From Candidatus Chisholmbacteria bacterium (lineage in GTDB: Bacteria > Patescibacteriota > Microgenomatia > UBA1400 > Chisholmbacteraceae): a DNA stretch of 64,000 bases. Under the pieces are notes generated by a model. That model made no database searches. It was given only the letters and a program-made list of their open reading frames with translations, and had not been told where the DNA came from. Shown here piece by piece: positions 1 to 10,049 of the stretch. A program made the position numbers and the translations under genes. The stretch's first letter is position 1. Every line of letters begins with the position of its first letter. Where the stretch lies: the NCBI GenBank assembly GCA_963704905.1, contig CAVPHZ010000001.1:131438-195437 (forward strand). The letters run 5' to 3'.

Positions 1-460
1 CAAATGCACCTCCAAAAGCAGCGATGATTGGTACAATAATCAATAGTCTTAAGACTCCGGTTAAGACAAGTGGAACTCCAATAATTAGGCCAAAGATCAA
101 CACCATGAGAAACTGGATAAACGCAACCATGGTTTCACCAAGAATTTTTCCGGCAATTATTGAATACCTAGATATTGGGGAAATAAAAAGCTCTTGAGCA
201 AAGTCATTTTGTCTATCTTCAACAAGAGAAATAATACCTGCTGCAGTTGACTGGAACATCGTTTGCGCAAGCACTCCTGTGAATACAAATGTAAGGAAGT
301 TATAGTCAAGTCCTCCTTGAAGATTCGCTTGAAGACTAGTTCCTAGAACTGCGATAAATATTACTGGAAACACAAAGCTGGCTGCAATTCGAGTTTTATC
401 ACGAAAAAGCTTGGTTATATCACGAAATGCGATGGTGATGATGGCGTTCAAATTATTCAT
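1..460 (-). CDS. ABC-2 type transporter permease (partial, runs off window start)
   Basis: Translated by hand: MNNLNAIITIAFRDITKLFRDKTRIAASLVFPVIFIAVLG...; hydrophobic DrrB-like sequence; ATG overlaps the stop of the ABC ATPase. Confidence 0.85.
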   Translation of the reverse strand, partial: MNNLNAIITIAFRDITKLFRDKTRIAASFVFPVIFIAVLGTSLQANLQGGLDYNFLTFVFTGVLAQTMFQSTAAGIISLVEDRQNDFAQELFISPISRYSIIAGKILGETMVAFIQFLMVLIFGLIIGVPLVLTGVLRLLIIVPIIAAFGGAF

Positions 461-1416
461 TCTTGCTGATTGCCAATGATATTAACGTACGCCTCTTCGA
501 GTGTTGGATTTTTTATTCTTAGTGTAGAGAGTGGTGTGGATATTTTTTGAATAATTTGTTGTGCTGATTGACCATCAAGGCAAATTTTGTACGGGCCGTT
601 TCCACTAAAACTTATCTTTTTATGTGTCATCTCTTTCTTCAATTTTGCTGAGTTTTTGCTGTCTACCTCTATGCAATTCTCTATGAGTGCTTCTTTAATT
701 TCCTGAGGTGTACCTTTGGCAACAATTTTTCCGTAATTGATAATGCAGAGGTAATCAGCTGATTCTGCTTCTTCAAGATAATGTGTTGTCAAAAACATCG
801 TAGTTTTTTCTTCTGTTCTCACCTTTTGAAGATACTCCCAAAGATTTGCACGACTAATTGGATCCAGGCCAGTGGTTGGCTCATCGAGAAATAGAATTTT
901 TGGATTGTGCATGAGACTTCTAATAATTTCTAATTTTCTCTTCATGCCACCTGAAAGTGATTTCACGGGTTTAAATATGTCGTTTTTAATACCCAAGATT
1001 TTGGAAAGGTTCATTACTTTGGATTGATATTCTTCTGGCATGAGCTTAAAGCTAGGACGATAAGAGTAGAGGTTGTAGAGATTTGCGTGAAATCTAACAT
1101 TTTCTTCTGCAGTGAGATTGACGTCTAAACTTGGATTTTGAAAGATGACACCGATGCGTCTGCGAACCTTCTCCGATTGGCTGTCAACATCTAAACCATC
1201 AAGTGTTAGTTTTCCTGAAGATTTTGAACGTATCGTTGTTAGAATGGATATGGTGGTTGTTTTTCCAGCTCCATTAGGACCGAGGAGAGCAAAAAATGAC
1301 CCTTCCTCGACATAAAAAGAAATTCCATCAACCGCATTTTTTTCTGCTTTCTTGTATCGTTTGACGAGATTTTTTACTTCGATAATATGATGATTGTTCT
1401 TTTTTTCCCTGGCCAT
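457..1416 (-). CDS. ABC transporter ATP-binding protein (DrrA/CcmA-like exporter)
   Basis: Walker A GPNGAGKTT, signature LSGGM, Walker B LFLDEPT; likely start MAREKK at 1416. Confidence 0.92.
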   Translation of the reverse strand: MAREKKNNHHIIEVKNLVKRYKKAEKNAVDGISFYVEEGSFFALLGPNGAGKTTTISILTTIRSKSSGKLTLDGLDVDSQSEKVRRRIGVIFQNPSLDVNLTAEENVRFHANLYNLYSYRPSFKLMPEEYQSKVMNLSKILGIKNDIFKPVKSLSGGMKRKLEIIRSLMHNPKILFLDEPTTGLDPISRANLWEYLQKVRTEEKTTMFLTTHYLEEAESADYLCIINYGKIVAKGTPQEIKEALIENCIEVDSKNSAKLKKEMTHKKISFSGNGPYKICLDGQSAQQIIQKISTPLSTLRIKNPTLEEAYVNIIGNQQE

Positions 1417-1533
1417 ACCGAGCAATACTACAGCACTAGTAACCAATAGACAAGCAACCTAATCGAGTGACTGAAAGGCTTAAATGTGATTGTGGCTATT
1501 CCTGTTTTGCGAGTCGAAGAAGTTAAAATAGCC

Positions 1534-1947
1534 TTAACGGGTGAGAGTTAAAGGAATTTGTATCTCTGCATCTGATGCTGATGCAGTTAATCTTCCAGTT
1601 GACTCGACAGCTAATACATAGTTGGTCGTTGCGGCGTCTCCCGTCTGAGGATCGTATGGGATTGTTGGAATGTAGGTAGGTGCAAGATCGTTCGCAAGAT
1701 TTAGTCCACTGGTTCCAATATCTTGCCAATTATCGGTTTGAATCTGTGTTGGAAAAAGACCGCTTTGATCTACGGCGTATTGATGTACTGCATTGAGCAG
1801 TTGATATAGGTCGTTTCTTCTGGCTGTATCACGTGAGATGGCAAACTGTCGTGCTGGGTTTATTGCGACCAGTACGACGGTTACCAATATGGTAATGATT
1901 CCAATAACAACTAATAGTTCAATGAGTGTAAAGCCTTTTGATCTCAT
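1534..1947 (-). CDS. Type IV pilin / prepilin
   Basis: N-terminal prepilin cleavage/methylation motif KG-FTLIELLVVIGII. Confidence 0.92.
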   Translation of the reverse strand: MRSKGFTLIELLVVIGIITILVTVVLVAINPARQFAISRDTARRNDLYQLLNAVHQYAVDQSGLFPTQIQTDNWQDIGTSGLNLANDLAPTYIPTIPYDPQTGDAATTNYVLAVESTGRLTASASDAEIQIPLTLTR

Positions 1948-2021
1948 GTGTGTTAGAAGTTGGGCAGCTCCATCAGCTTTGAAAAAACCAACTAAGCTGC
2001 CTAGACTTCTTTTTATCGATT

Positions 2022-2441
2022 TTATCTAGTTAATGTTAGCGGCACTGTGATTTCTGAGGCAGTCGCCGTAGCAGTTAACCTTCCATTTACCTCTTGTGCC
2101 AGCACATATACGGATGTTGCTGAATCCCCGGTAAGTGGATCGTATGGGATCGTGGGAATATAGGTTGGTACCAAATCCGCAGCCAAATTCAAACCGCTTG
2201 TACCGATGTCATTAAATGATGTGTTGATTTGAGTTGGGAAATTACCGTTATTATCAACCGAATACTGATAAATTGCATTCAGAACCTGATAAAGATCGTT
2301 TCTCCTGGCCGTATCACGTGAGATGGCGAACTGTCGTGCCGGGTTCACTGCAACAAGTACGATTGCCGCTAGAATCGCAATGATTCCGATAACAACCAAT
2401 AATTCGATGAGCGTGAATCCCTGCTGTTTAAGTTTTCGCAT
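2022..2441 (-). CDS. Type IV pilin / prepilin (paralog of 1534-1947)
   Basis: QG-FTLIELLVVIGIIAILA motif; SD-like GGAGGTGA upstream. Confidence 0.92.
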   Translation of the reverse strand: MRKLKQQGFTLIELLVVIGIIAILAAIVLVAVNPARQFAISRDTARRNDLYQVLNAIYQYSVDNNGNFPTQINTSFNDIGTSGLNLAADLVPTYIPTIPYDPLTGDSATSVYVLAQEVNGRLTATATASEITVPLTLTR

Positions 2442-2480
2442 ATTCTTCGCTCACCTCCCTTCAGCCAAATTGGCAGATTG

Positions 2481-3038
2481 TTATTTGCCAAGTACAATGA
2501 GTAAGTCAAATTGTTGATCTCTGTTCGATTCTTGACTCTCTGCTACCGACCAGCCTTCATCTCTTAACAGCTGCTCGATGTTTTGCGCTTCTTCTGCTTT
2601 TCCTGGTTTAAATAGAACCAATGTTTGTCCTTCTAATGAAGGGGCAGTGGAGATAGCGCTGATTTGATAACCTTGCTGAGCCAACACTGCTGCGAACTCG
2701 GATGCTGCTCCGTTTACTCCGCTAGCATTTTGGATTGCAACACTCGATTGCTGCTCAATCCCTGAGTTTGTTGACTCAATTTCAACTGTAGCAGAGGGAG
2801 AAATACTTGTCAATTCGCTGCTTGAGAAGGATTCAAGTGTTTCTATTGCCTCTTGAATAAGTTTTTTATTTAATCTTGGATTTGCTTCAGATACGATCTG
2901 TTCATCGATGCCCTTTGCGTTAACAATATTGTCGACGATAACCCGTACGTTTGCGACTATTACAACAGTTAGCAGAAGCAATACTGCACTTTTGGCAAGA
3001 ACTGACTGGTTGATCTTAGTTAAAGGGTTGTCTGACAT
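2481..3038 (-). CDS. Membrane-anchored LytR C-terminal domain protein
   Basis: One TM helix, then VAIQNASGVNGAA...DLLIVLGK, the LytR_C pattern. Confidence 0.8.
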   Translation of the reverse strand: MSDNPLTKINQSVLAKSAVLLLLTVVIVANVRVIVDNIVNAKGIDEQIVSEANPRLNKKLIQEAIETLESFSSSELTSISPSATVEIESTNSGIEQQSSVAIQNASGVNGAASEFAAVLAQQGYQISAISTAPSLEGQTLVLFKPGKAEEAQNIEQLLRDEGWSVAESQESNRDQQFDLLIVLGK

Positions 3039-3591
3039 ATATCCTCAAGGATAATCTAATGGTAATTTTCCCTCCTAAATCATCAGGACTTTCAATTAAT
3101 GTCTGTCGTATCGTAAATACATACGGTGTTTGTTCTAAACGATCAAGTGCTGCGGTTGTTTGTTGCAATGAACCTTCCAGAACCAATGTAACTGGCAAGA
3201 ATGCATACCCTTTCTCATCCTGCCTTGGCTCCTCGGATTCAAATGTGAAGCTTTGTACTTTTGCGGTAGTTCCAAGGCTTTCAAAAAGCTCAATGATTGA
3301 TAAGAGTGAGGATTTGGTTGGGAGGGCTAAATCAAGAATACGTTTTTCTTGATCAGTTGCTTTGAGATCTGAAATTACTTTATTTGCACTCTGGTTTTGA
3401 AGTTGCAAGGCAAGCATTTCACTTCTTGACTGCACGACTGCATTAGATTTGTTTGGAAGAAATGTTAAGAACACTACGTTAATAAGAAATAACGATATGA
3501 TTACACCAATAATGATTAGCATTCTATACTTTCGAATAGTGCTTGAGAGTGGTTTCGTGTCTTTGGTTTCTAGTTTTTTTGTTTCGGTCAT
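3016..3591 (-). CDS. pilO: PilO-like type IV pilus assembly protein
   Basis: Single TM, coiled coil, then LP...LPVTLVLEGS...LE...F ferredoxin-like domain; downstream of pilM/N. Confidence 0.65.
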   Translation of the reverse strand: MTETKKLETKDTKPLSSTIRKYRMLIIIGVIISLFLINVVFLTFLPNKSNAVVQSRSEMLALQLQNQSANKVISDLKATDQEKRILDLALPTKSSLLSIIELFESLGTTAKVQSFTFESEEPRQDEKGYAFLPVTLVLEGSLQQTTAALDRLEQTPYVFTIRQTLIESPDDLGGKITIRLSLRIYVRQPFN

Positions 3592-3592
3592 T

Positions 3593-5017
3593 CTATTTTA
3601 AACTTGCTGTAAGTACGAAATCGATGTTCTCCGCCTGTTGCAAACTTGATAGCGGTAAAATAGCTTGTTCAACCTTTTCTAAAGTTTCAATATCGTCTCG
3701 GAATTTTAGTAGATCGCCCCTCTTTTGCGCTCGCCCAACGATACGTAATTTTCCATTTATCTCATCAATCCTTATGCTAATTACCTTAATTTCAGAAGGA
3801 ACCTTGGGAATAATGTCTGTAAGCCTTTGTTGAGGAAATATTCTTTTCTGACTAACGTCAATAATTGTTTTTGCTGCCCTATTGATACTATTTGTTTGCT
3901 TTACCGCCTCCCCTGTTTCAAGCGGTGGTGGAGGAATCGACGTTTGTTGACTCAAAAGAGAAGCTTGGAGTGAATGAAAATATAGAAATGTAGCAATCGA
4001 AGCTGCTGCTGAAAGTGCTACAATGATGATTGTAATGGTTAACCAGAAATTACTCGTTTTCTTTTTTTGCGTTTGATCGAACTTATCTTGGATATTTGGT
4101 GGAAGAAGGTTGATCGTTTCCTCATCGTCCGGAGATGCAATTTCTTTCATCGCTAATGAAGAGACAACAGCAAAGTTAAGTAATTGGTTCTGAGGAAGAT
4201 TTTTTACCTTTATTGGGCATGGTTTAACTTCCCGTTTTGTTTCATTTGCTATTTCCGTAAGTAACGCTTGAGTTAATCCTTCTCCGCTGATAAAAATAGT
4301 TTTAACTTTTTCTATTGAGTCCTGTTTTCCCTCATAGAAGGTCAGCATTTTGTTGATCGTTTGAATGAGATTTTTTGTCTCTTTGCTCTGATCTTGACTG
4401 GTAATTGCCACAATTGAGCTTGCCTGAATTGCTTTACCCTTTGCTAAAGTGAGCACAGCATGTCGTTGTCTTATATCAACAATTAGCGCTCGAATGTTTT
4501 GATCTTCCACTAACCGCACGAGAGACAATGAGGTTGTTTCATACGCAATTGGAATGAGTCCAGCTAGCGTTAGTGCGTTGGTGTATCCATCAATAATATC
4601 TTTTGGAACTGCGATTAAGAGAATGTTGAGGTCATCTTTTTCAGGATCTTCAATGAGCTTCCAGTCCATATACACTTGGTCAATAGCCACTGGAAGGTAT
4701 GTCTCGGCTTCCCAACTTACAGCTTCTGTTAATTCCGTTGCTTTTAATTTTGGCAAACGAAGTACTTTTGTATAGCTCTTATTTTCTGGGATCCCAACAA
4801 CAACGAATCTGTCAGTGAGTTTTGCTGATTGAAACAGCGAAATAATCGCTTGAGCAAGTTGTTCTTGATTTACAACCTCTCCAGAATTAACTAATCCGGT
4901 GTTTAGTTTTGCTTCAGCTAAACTGGTTACCGCTAATTTCTTTTTATCGATGCGCAACAGTTGAATTTTTTCTTCGGAGATTAGTAGACTTGTGTAGGTT
5001 CTTTTCTTTGGATTCAT
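3593..5017 (-). CDS. pilM: PilM (actin-like) fused to PilN-like TM/extracytoplasmic domain
   Basis: EAVSWEAETYLP, IFISGEG, then INLLP motif, TM helix and PilN-like C-terminus; ATG at 5017. Confidence 0.82.
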   Translation of the reverse strand: MNPKKRTYTSLLISEEKIQLLRIDKKKLAVTSLAEAKLNTGLVNSGEVVNQEQLAQAIISLFQSAKLTDRFVVVGIPENKSYTKVLRLPKLKATELTEAVSWEAETYLPVAIDQVYMDWKLIEDPEKDDLNILLIAVPKDIIDGYTNALTLAGLIPIAYETTSLSLVRLVEDQNIRALIVDIRQRHAVLTLAKGKAIQASSIVAITSQDQSKETKNLIQTINKMLTFYEGKQDSIEKVKTIFISGEGLTQALLTEIANETKREVKPCPIKVKNLPQNQLLNFAVVSSLAMKEIASPDDEETINLLPPNIQDKFDQTQKKKTSNFWLTITIIIVALSAAASIATFLYFHSLQASLLSQQTSIPPPPLETGEAVKQTNSINRAAKTIIDVSQKRIFPQQRLTDIIPKVPSEIKVISIRIDEINGKLRIVGRAQKRGDLLKFRDDIETLEKVEQAILPLSSLQQAENIDFVLTASLK

Positions 5018-5088
5018 ATGGCAGACCAAGTGTCACTTGGTGGGCACCCGCCTAATGTACACGTGCACGTTTTTTTGCATGCATACAT
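5014..5088 (-). CDS. Possible 24-aa Cys-rich upstream ORF (MYACKKTCTCTLGGCPPSDTWSAI)
   Basis: AGGA just before ATG; TGA overlaps the pilM ATG (ATGA); lies inside a structured leader. Confidence 0.3.
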   Translation of the reverse strand: MYACKKTCTCTLGGCPPSDTWSAI

Positions 5089-5113
5089 TTTCCTGACGGG
5101 CAGGTTTACTATT

Positions 5114-5143
5114 ATTATAGCTTGCCGTTCTTGAGAATGTAAA
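5114..5143 (-). promoter_or_regulatory. Sigma70-type promoter for the pilM operon
   Basis: Minus strand TTTACA-18 nt-TATAAT. Confidence 0.6.
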
Positions 5144-5185
5144 CTGGAATTCTCCTGAAGCTTATGTTTCTTCGACTATTTTCTA

Positions 5186-6401
5186 TTACGGTGAAACTTG
5201 GAGATTTCCAATAACACTGTAAATCGGTGCAATAATGGATATGACCATTGCACCCACTGCAACACCAATAACCAGCATCAGTACGGGTTCTATCACAGCT
5301 GTGAGTCCTTTAAGCGTGTGTTCAACTTCTTGCTCATAAAAATCTGCCAATTCAGTCAGAACAATTTCAAGGCTTCCACTTTTTTCTCCGGCGCGAATAG
5401 ATTGGATCATCAGGGCTGGAAAACTTTTTTTACCACGTTCGAGCGATTCGGAGAGTGATTTTCCTTTTTGTATGTCTTCCTCGAAAATTTTTCCCATTTG
5501 AGTGAATTTTTTCTGGGTTAGTAGTTGCACTGATACTTTTATCGATTCTAGAATTGGTACACCACTTTTCAGTAAGGTTGAGAGCGTTCTGCTGAATCGA
5601 GCCAGATCAAGCTGATCAAAGAGTCGTGCAAAGATTGGAATCTTGCCTAAGGCTTGCAAAATCAGCGCTCGAGTTTTCGAAAGCCTTAATAAGAAAAATA
5701 AACCGATGCCTAGAAAAATCATTGTTAGAATTACCAGAAATGAATGATCGCCAAGAAAGGTACTTGTGCTAAGAAGCGCCCGTGTAACAACTGGGAGCTT
5801 GATGTTGAGGCGTAAGAATACCTTACTAATGCGGGGGAGTACGAATGTGATCATCATTACCCCAACCCCTATCATCGCTGTGATGATTACAGCAGGATAC
5901 ATCATCGCTCCCTTCACTTTTTGATTTAGCTCATAGCTGTTCATTAATTGCTGAGCTAGGTAATCAAATGACTGCTCAAGTGTTCCTGATTCTTCACCAG
6001 CTTGTGTGAGTGTTAAAAATACTTCATCAAATACTTCCGGATAGCGCGCGAGTACAGAAGAAATCTTTTTCCCGCGTTGAATACTGTATTGTAAGTCTAC
6101 AAGAATTCGATGCATTTTTTTGTTTGGAGATTCTCGGGATATGATTTCAACTGCTTCGGCCAAGCGGAAGTCCAGCCTTCATCATCGTTGCTAAGTATCG
6201 GCAGAGAATTGCTTTTTCCAGAACTGGAATACGTCTCATCTTTTCGAGTGGAGATTGGGCACGTTTAGATTCTTTGATGGTGAGTACCTGCATTCCCTGG
6301 TCGTGAAGAATACTTCCTGCCTCTTTCCTAGAAGCAGCTTCGACTGTCTCCTGGTGAATCCGACCTTGTTTGTCTCTGGCTTTAAATTCAAATACTGCCA
6401 T
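5186..6401 (-). CDS. pilC: Type IV pilus platform protein PilC/GspF, split by a +1 frameshift near 6160
   Basis: ORF 6147-6401 (MAVFEFKARD...LATMMKAGLPL) joins 5186-6163 (AEAVEII...AGEESGTLE...GEKSGSLE) if one base is removed. Confidence 0.88.
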
Positions 6402-6403
6402 TA

Positions 6404-8083
6404 TTACTCTCTGGTTACTCGAATAATTTCTTCTACTGTTGTCATACCTGCTTGGACTTTATTAAGTCCATCTTGCATCATATTGATCATTCCGGCTTTC
6501 TCTGCAATTTTACGAATATCTTCCACAGCTGAGCGTTTGGTTGTCAGTTCGCGGATTTGATCGTCCATCTCAAGAATCTCGAATGTTCCAATTCTTCCTC
6601 TATAACCTGAGCCTCCACATTCATCACAGCCTTTTCCTTTGAATACTTTTATTTTCTTTGCATCTACACCAAACTCAGATGAGAGCATTTCTTCCTCAGC
6701 TTCACTGGCTTTATGTTCTGCGACACATGCCTGGCAAATTCGCCGAACTAACCGCTGAGCTATAACCATGATCAATGTTGAAGAGATCAAATATCCTTGA
6801 ATATTCATATCTAGAAGTCTTGGTATTGCTCCTGGAGCATCGTTTGTGTGAAGCGTTGAAAGCACTAAGTGACCTGTGAGTGCGGCATGTATAGCAATAT
6901 CGGCAGTTTCCTCATCGCGAATTTCTCCAACCATGATAATGTCTGGATCATGACGCAGAATTGAGCGCAGACCATTTGCAAAGGTCAAACCAGCTTTAGG
7001 GTTTATCTGTGTCTGATTAACTCGACGTATTCCATACTCAACAGGATCTTCGACGGTCACGATTTTCACCGAGGTCGTATTTAAGATTGTCATTACGCTA
7101 TATAAGGTCGTGGTTTTCCCGGATCCGGTTGGACCAGTGACTAAAATCATCCCGTGTGGTTGCTTGATGTTATTTTGAACAATCTCCAAACTGTTTTTGT
7201 AAAACCAAGTTCTTCGAGACTCAAAGGTCTTGCTGTCTCTGGGTAATAAACGCATGACGATATTTTCACCAAAATAAGCTGGAAGGATTGAAACGCGCAA
7301 AGCGACAATTTCCTCCTCTGATTCAAACTTGAATCTTCCGTCCTGAGGAATTCTATGTTCGTCGAGTTTAAGCGAAGATAGAATCTTGATTCTCGCTACA
7401 ATAGCTGCTTGAACAGCTTTTGGAAGACTACTTATGTCTTTTAATATTCCGTCGATGCGAAATCGAACAAGTACTGAATCTTGTGTCGTCTCGATATGAA
7501 TATCAGATGCTCGAACTGCAATAGCATATTCTAGAATTGTGTCCAAAATTTTGATTACCGGAAGTTCTTCAGCAGCTTTAACGACATCTTTTCCAAGTTT
7601 GGCTGCTTTTTTAATGTTCTCTTCAATAATTTTATTGAATTCAATTTTGATATCTCGTTTATATTGGCCAAATACTTTACTGAGATCTGCACTGCTAATA
7701 TAAAAAGGAATAATCTTTAAGCCTGTTTTTCTCTTCGTGAATTCAATTGCTTCAAAATTGGTTGGATCCTCCATTGCAATATGAAGCTCATCATCTACTC
7801 GTTCAAACGGAACCATCTTGTACGAATGGGCTACTTTCTCAGGAATGAGGTCAAGAATCTCAGCTGGAATGAGCTTGCTACGAATTGAAGCATATTGAAC
7901 CCCAAGATGTTTCGCAATGAGTTTTCCGAGTAATTCCTCGGTGATGTGACCTTTGAAAATGAGAACGTCGATAATGTCTTTATCGAAGTCTTTTGCCTCT
8001 TTTGCAGCAGCATCAAAATCTGCACCTGATATGTAGTTTGATTCTAGAAGTATTTTTTTTAGTTCGTCTGGAGTAAGGTTCAT
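6404..8083 (-). CDS. pilB: Type IV pilus assembly ATPase PilB/GspE
   Basis: ASDIHIE, RIPQDGR, GPTGSGKTTTLY, LRHDPDIIMVGEIRD, TGHLVLSTLH, CxxC...CxxC. Confidence 0.95.
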   Translation of the reverse strand: MNLTPDELKKILLESNYISGADFDAAAKEAKDFDKDIIDVLIFKGHITEELLGKLIAKHLGVQYASIRSKLIPAEILDLIPEKVAHSYKMVPFERVDDELHIAMEDPTNFEAIEFTKRKTGLKIIPFYISSADLSKVFGQYKRDIKIEFNKIIEENIKKAAKLGKDVVKAAEELPVIKILDTILEYAIAVRASDIHIETTQDSVLVRFRIDGILKDISSLPKAVQAAIVARIKILSSLKLDEHRIPQDGRFKFESEEEIVALRVSILPAYFGENIVMRLLPRDSKTFESRRTWFYKNSLEIVQNNIKQPHGMILVTGPTGSGKTTTLYSVMTILNTTSVKIVTVEDPVEYGIRRVNQTQINPKAGLTFANGLRSILRHDPDIIMVGEIRDEETADIAIHAALTGHLVLSTLHTNDAPGAIPRLLDMNIQGYLISSTLIMVIAQRLVRRICQACVAEHKASEAEEEMLSSEFGVDAKKIKVFKGKGCDECGGSGYRGRIGTFEILEMDDQIRELTTKRSAVEDIRKIAEKAGMINMMQDGLNKVQAGMTTVEEIIRVTRE

Positions 8084-8157
8084 CTGGGCAGGTTTTTCTC
8101 ACTACAACATTATCTGGTGAGTATCAACCAGCATAAGTATATCATTGCAAGAGAGAA

Positions 8158-8904
8158 TTATGATAATAGGGTAAAGAATGCAAGGATTAGGGTATATATT
8201 GCAAACCAGTGAAGTTTGGAGGCCTTGATAACCTTCAAAAGCACTTGGAGAGCAATAAAACCTGTAATTGCAGCACTGAGAAAACCAAGTATATATGCCT
8301 CAGGCTGAATTCCTTGAAGATTTATTGGCTTGGAGAGTTGAAGAAGTTGAGCTCCAACAATCGCTGGTATAGAGAGAAGAAATGAATAGGTAACAGCCGA
8401 TTTTCTTGACAATCCTACCCACAAGCCAGTGATAATGGTTGTTCCTGATCGTGAAATTCCAGGAATCACCGCTATCCCTTGGGCGATTCCAATAAGAATT
8501 GCTGCTTTTGCAGAGAGATCTGTGTCGCTGTTATCTTTTTTTTCTTTTATCCAATACGTAGAAGTAAGAAAAATTGTCGTGACAATCAGTGCAATTCCGA
8601 CAAGTCTTTGCGAGTTAAACAAGTCTTCTCCAACGGAATTTAAGGCAAGTCCTATTACACCTGTCGGTATCAATCCGACGAGCACTAATATAAACGATTT
8701 TTTATTTAGCTCAAGGATTTGCCTTTTAAAAACCCATACGATAGCGAGCAATGTCGCAACATGCAGTAGCACATCAAAAGCTATGGGTGGATGAGAGAAT
8801 CCAAAACGCTTTTGGAGTAAAACAAGATGACCAGAGCTTGATACTGGCAAAAATTCAGTCAGGCCTTGAACAAGACCTAACATTAGCGCTTGAAGGGATG
8901 TCAT
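8158..8904 (-). CDS. uppP: Undecaprenyl-diphosphate phosphatase
   Basis: QGLTEFLPVSSSGHL and PGISRSG motifs. Confidence 0.96.
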   Translation of the reverse strand: MTSLQALMLGLVQGLTEFLPVSSSGHLVLLQKRFGFSHPPIAFDVLLHVATLLAIVWVFKRQILELNKKSFILVLVGLIPTGVIGLALNSVGEDLFNSQRLVGIALIVTTIFLTSTYWIKEKKDNSDTDLSAKAAILIGIAQGIAVIPGISRSGTTIITGLWVGLSRKSAVTYSFLLSIPAIVGAQLLQLSKPINLQGIQPEAYILGFLSAAITGFIALQVLLKVIKASKLHWFAIYTLILAFFTLLS

Positions 8905-8907
8905 TGC

Positions 8908-9606
8908 TTAACTTATCTCCGCACGAAACTTTTCGTACCACTCAGTCAGCATTTTTGAAACCAAATCTTTTGCTCCCAATCCTATTGCTAAACCGAAACC
9001 AATTGCTAACGCAGCGATAATCCCAGTAAAGATTGTATTAATTAACGTCTGTGCAATTCCTAGCTCAGAAATAGCTGCTAAGGCTGAGAATACAACAAGC
9101 GTATAGCTTGCTATCTTTCCAAAAAGTCTTCCTGATTTAACATCAACGCTTCCAACTGCTCCTTTGACTAATCGCTCAACAACACCTGCAATGAGTACTC
9201 CGATTGTCAAAATAAGAGCTGCGGAAATGACATTCGGGATATAACTTAGAATACTCTCAAGTACTAAGGAAACTGCTGTTAGTCCTAAGATATTCATCGC
9301 AGCAATGAAAAAGACCAGGATGATGAGCCACTTAACTGCTACTCCTATGGCTTCTTCGATTTTATGCGTGATATCTGCTTTCTTGAGAAATTTTTCTACT
9401 CCAGTCCCTTTTAGTAAACTTGATAAACGTAGTGTTTCGAGAAGTTTTATTATCAGCGTTTTTGACCATCCAGCAACGATCCAACCGATGGCAAATACTG
9501 CAATAGCTCCGATTAAGCTGGGTACAAAATCAAATAACCTTGTTGTTACTTCTCCCCATGCTTGAACTAGTGCGTTACTATAGTTTGATCCACTATTTAG
9601 TGGCAT
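8908..9606 (-). CDS. Small-conductance mechanosensitive channel TM-helix (CmpX-like) membrane protein
   Basis: Repeated PxLIxA-type TM helices, FGLAIGLGAKD C-terminal motif. Confidence 0.75.
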   Translation of the reverse strand: MPLNSGSNYSNALVQAWGEVTTRLFDFVPSLIGAIAVFAIGWIVAGWSKTLIIKLLETLRLSSLLKGTGVEKFLKKADITHKIEEAIGVAVKWLIILVFFIAAMNILGLTAVSLVLESILSYIPNVISAALILTIGVLIAGVVERLVKGAVGSVDVKSGRLFGKIASYTLVVFSALAAISELGIAQTLINTIFTGIIAALAIGFGLAIGLGAKDLVSKMLTEWYEKFRAEIS

Positions 9607-9721
9607 ATGGGTGTTCACCCCCTTTCGTCGTCTTGCTTTATGTTTCTATAGCATTATGGGTTGTGATGAGTTTAAAGTCAATCAGTTGATTTCAGACCTT
9701 AAATTTGGTATATTTTCGGGT

Positions 9722-10037
9722 ACCAAGGATAGGCAGATGGTAGGCTAAACTACATGTTTCCATGTGGAATAGTCAGGAAAGTCCAGACAGCTGAAAGCAG
9801 AGTGTTTTGCGAAAGCGAAAGCGGGTAACCGCCAGTTAGAGCAACAGAGACGAGTCCTCCGGCTTTTGTCGGAGGGGTGAAACGGGCAATCCTCCTCGCT
9901 GCAACCTCCGATTGTTCCGCCATTAGGTGCTTTCCCAATACAATTTCTATTGGAGCGGAGCGAAGTTGAGGGCAAAGATAGATGCCATCATTTCGAGATT
10001 TTCTCGAATACAGAATCTGGCTTACAATATCCTTGGT
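9722..10037 (+). ncRNA. rnpB: RNase P RNA
   Basis: P1 ACCAAGGATA/TATCCTTGGT; CR-I AGGAAAGTCCAGA pairing with CR-V ACAGAATCTGGCTTAC; GCAACAGAGA; GGTGAAACGGGCAATCCTC; AGATAGATG. Confidence 0.93.
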
Positions 10038-10049
10038 TTTTGTTGAGAT

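Noticed and set aside
9745-9975. Short minus-strand ORFs of 76 and 62 aa
   Set aside because: Antisense to the RNase P RNA gene
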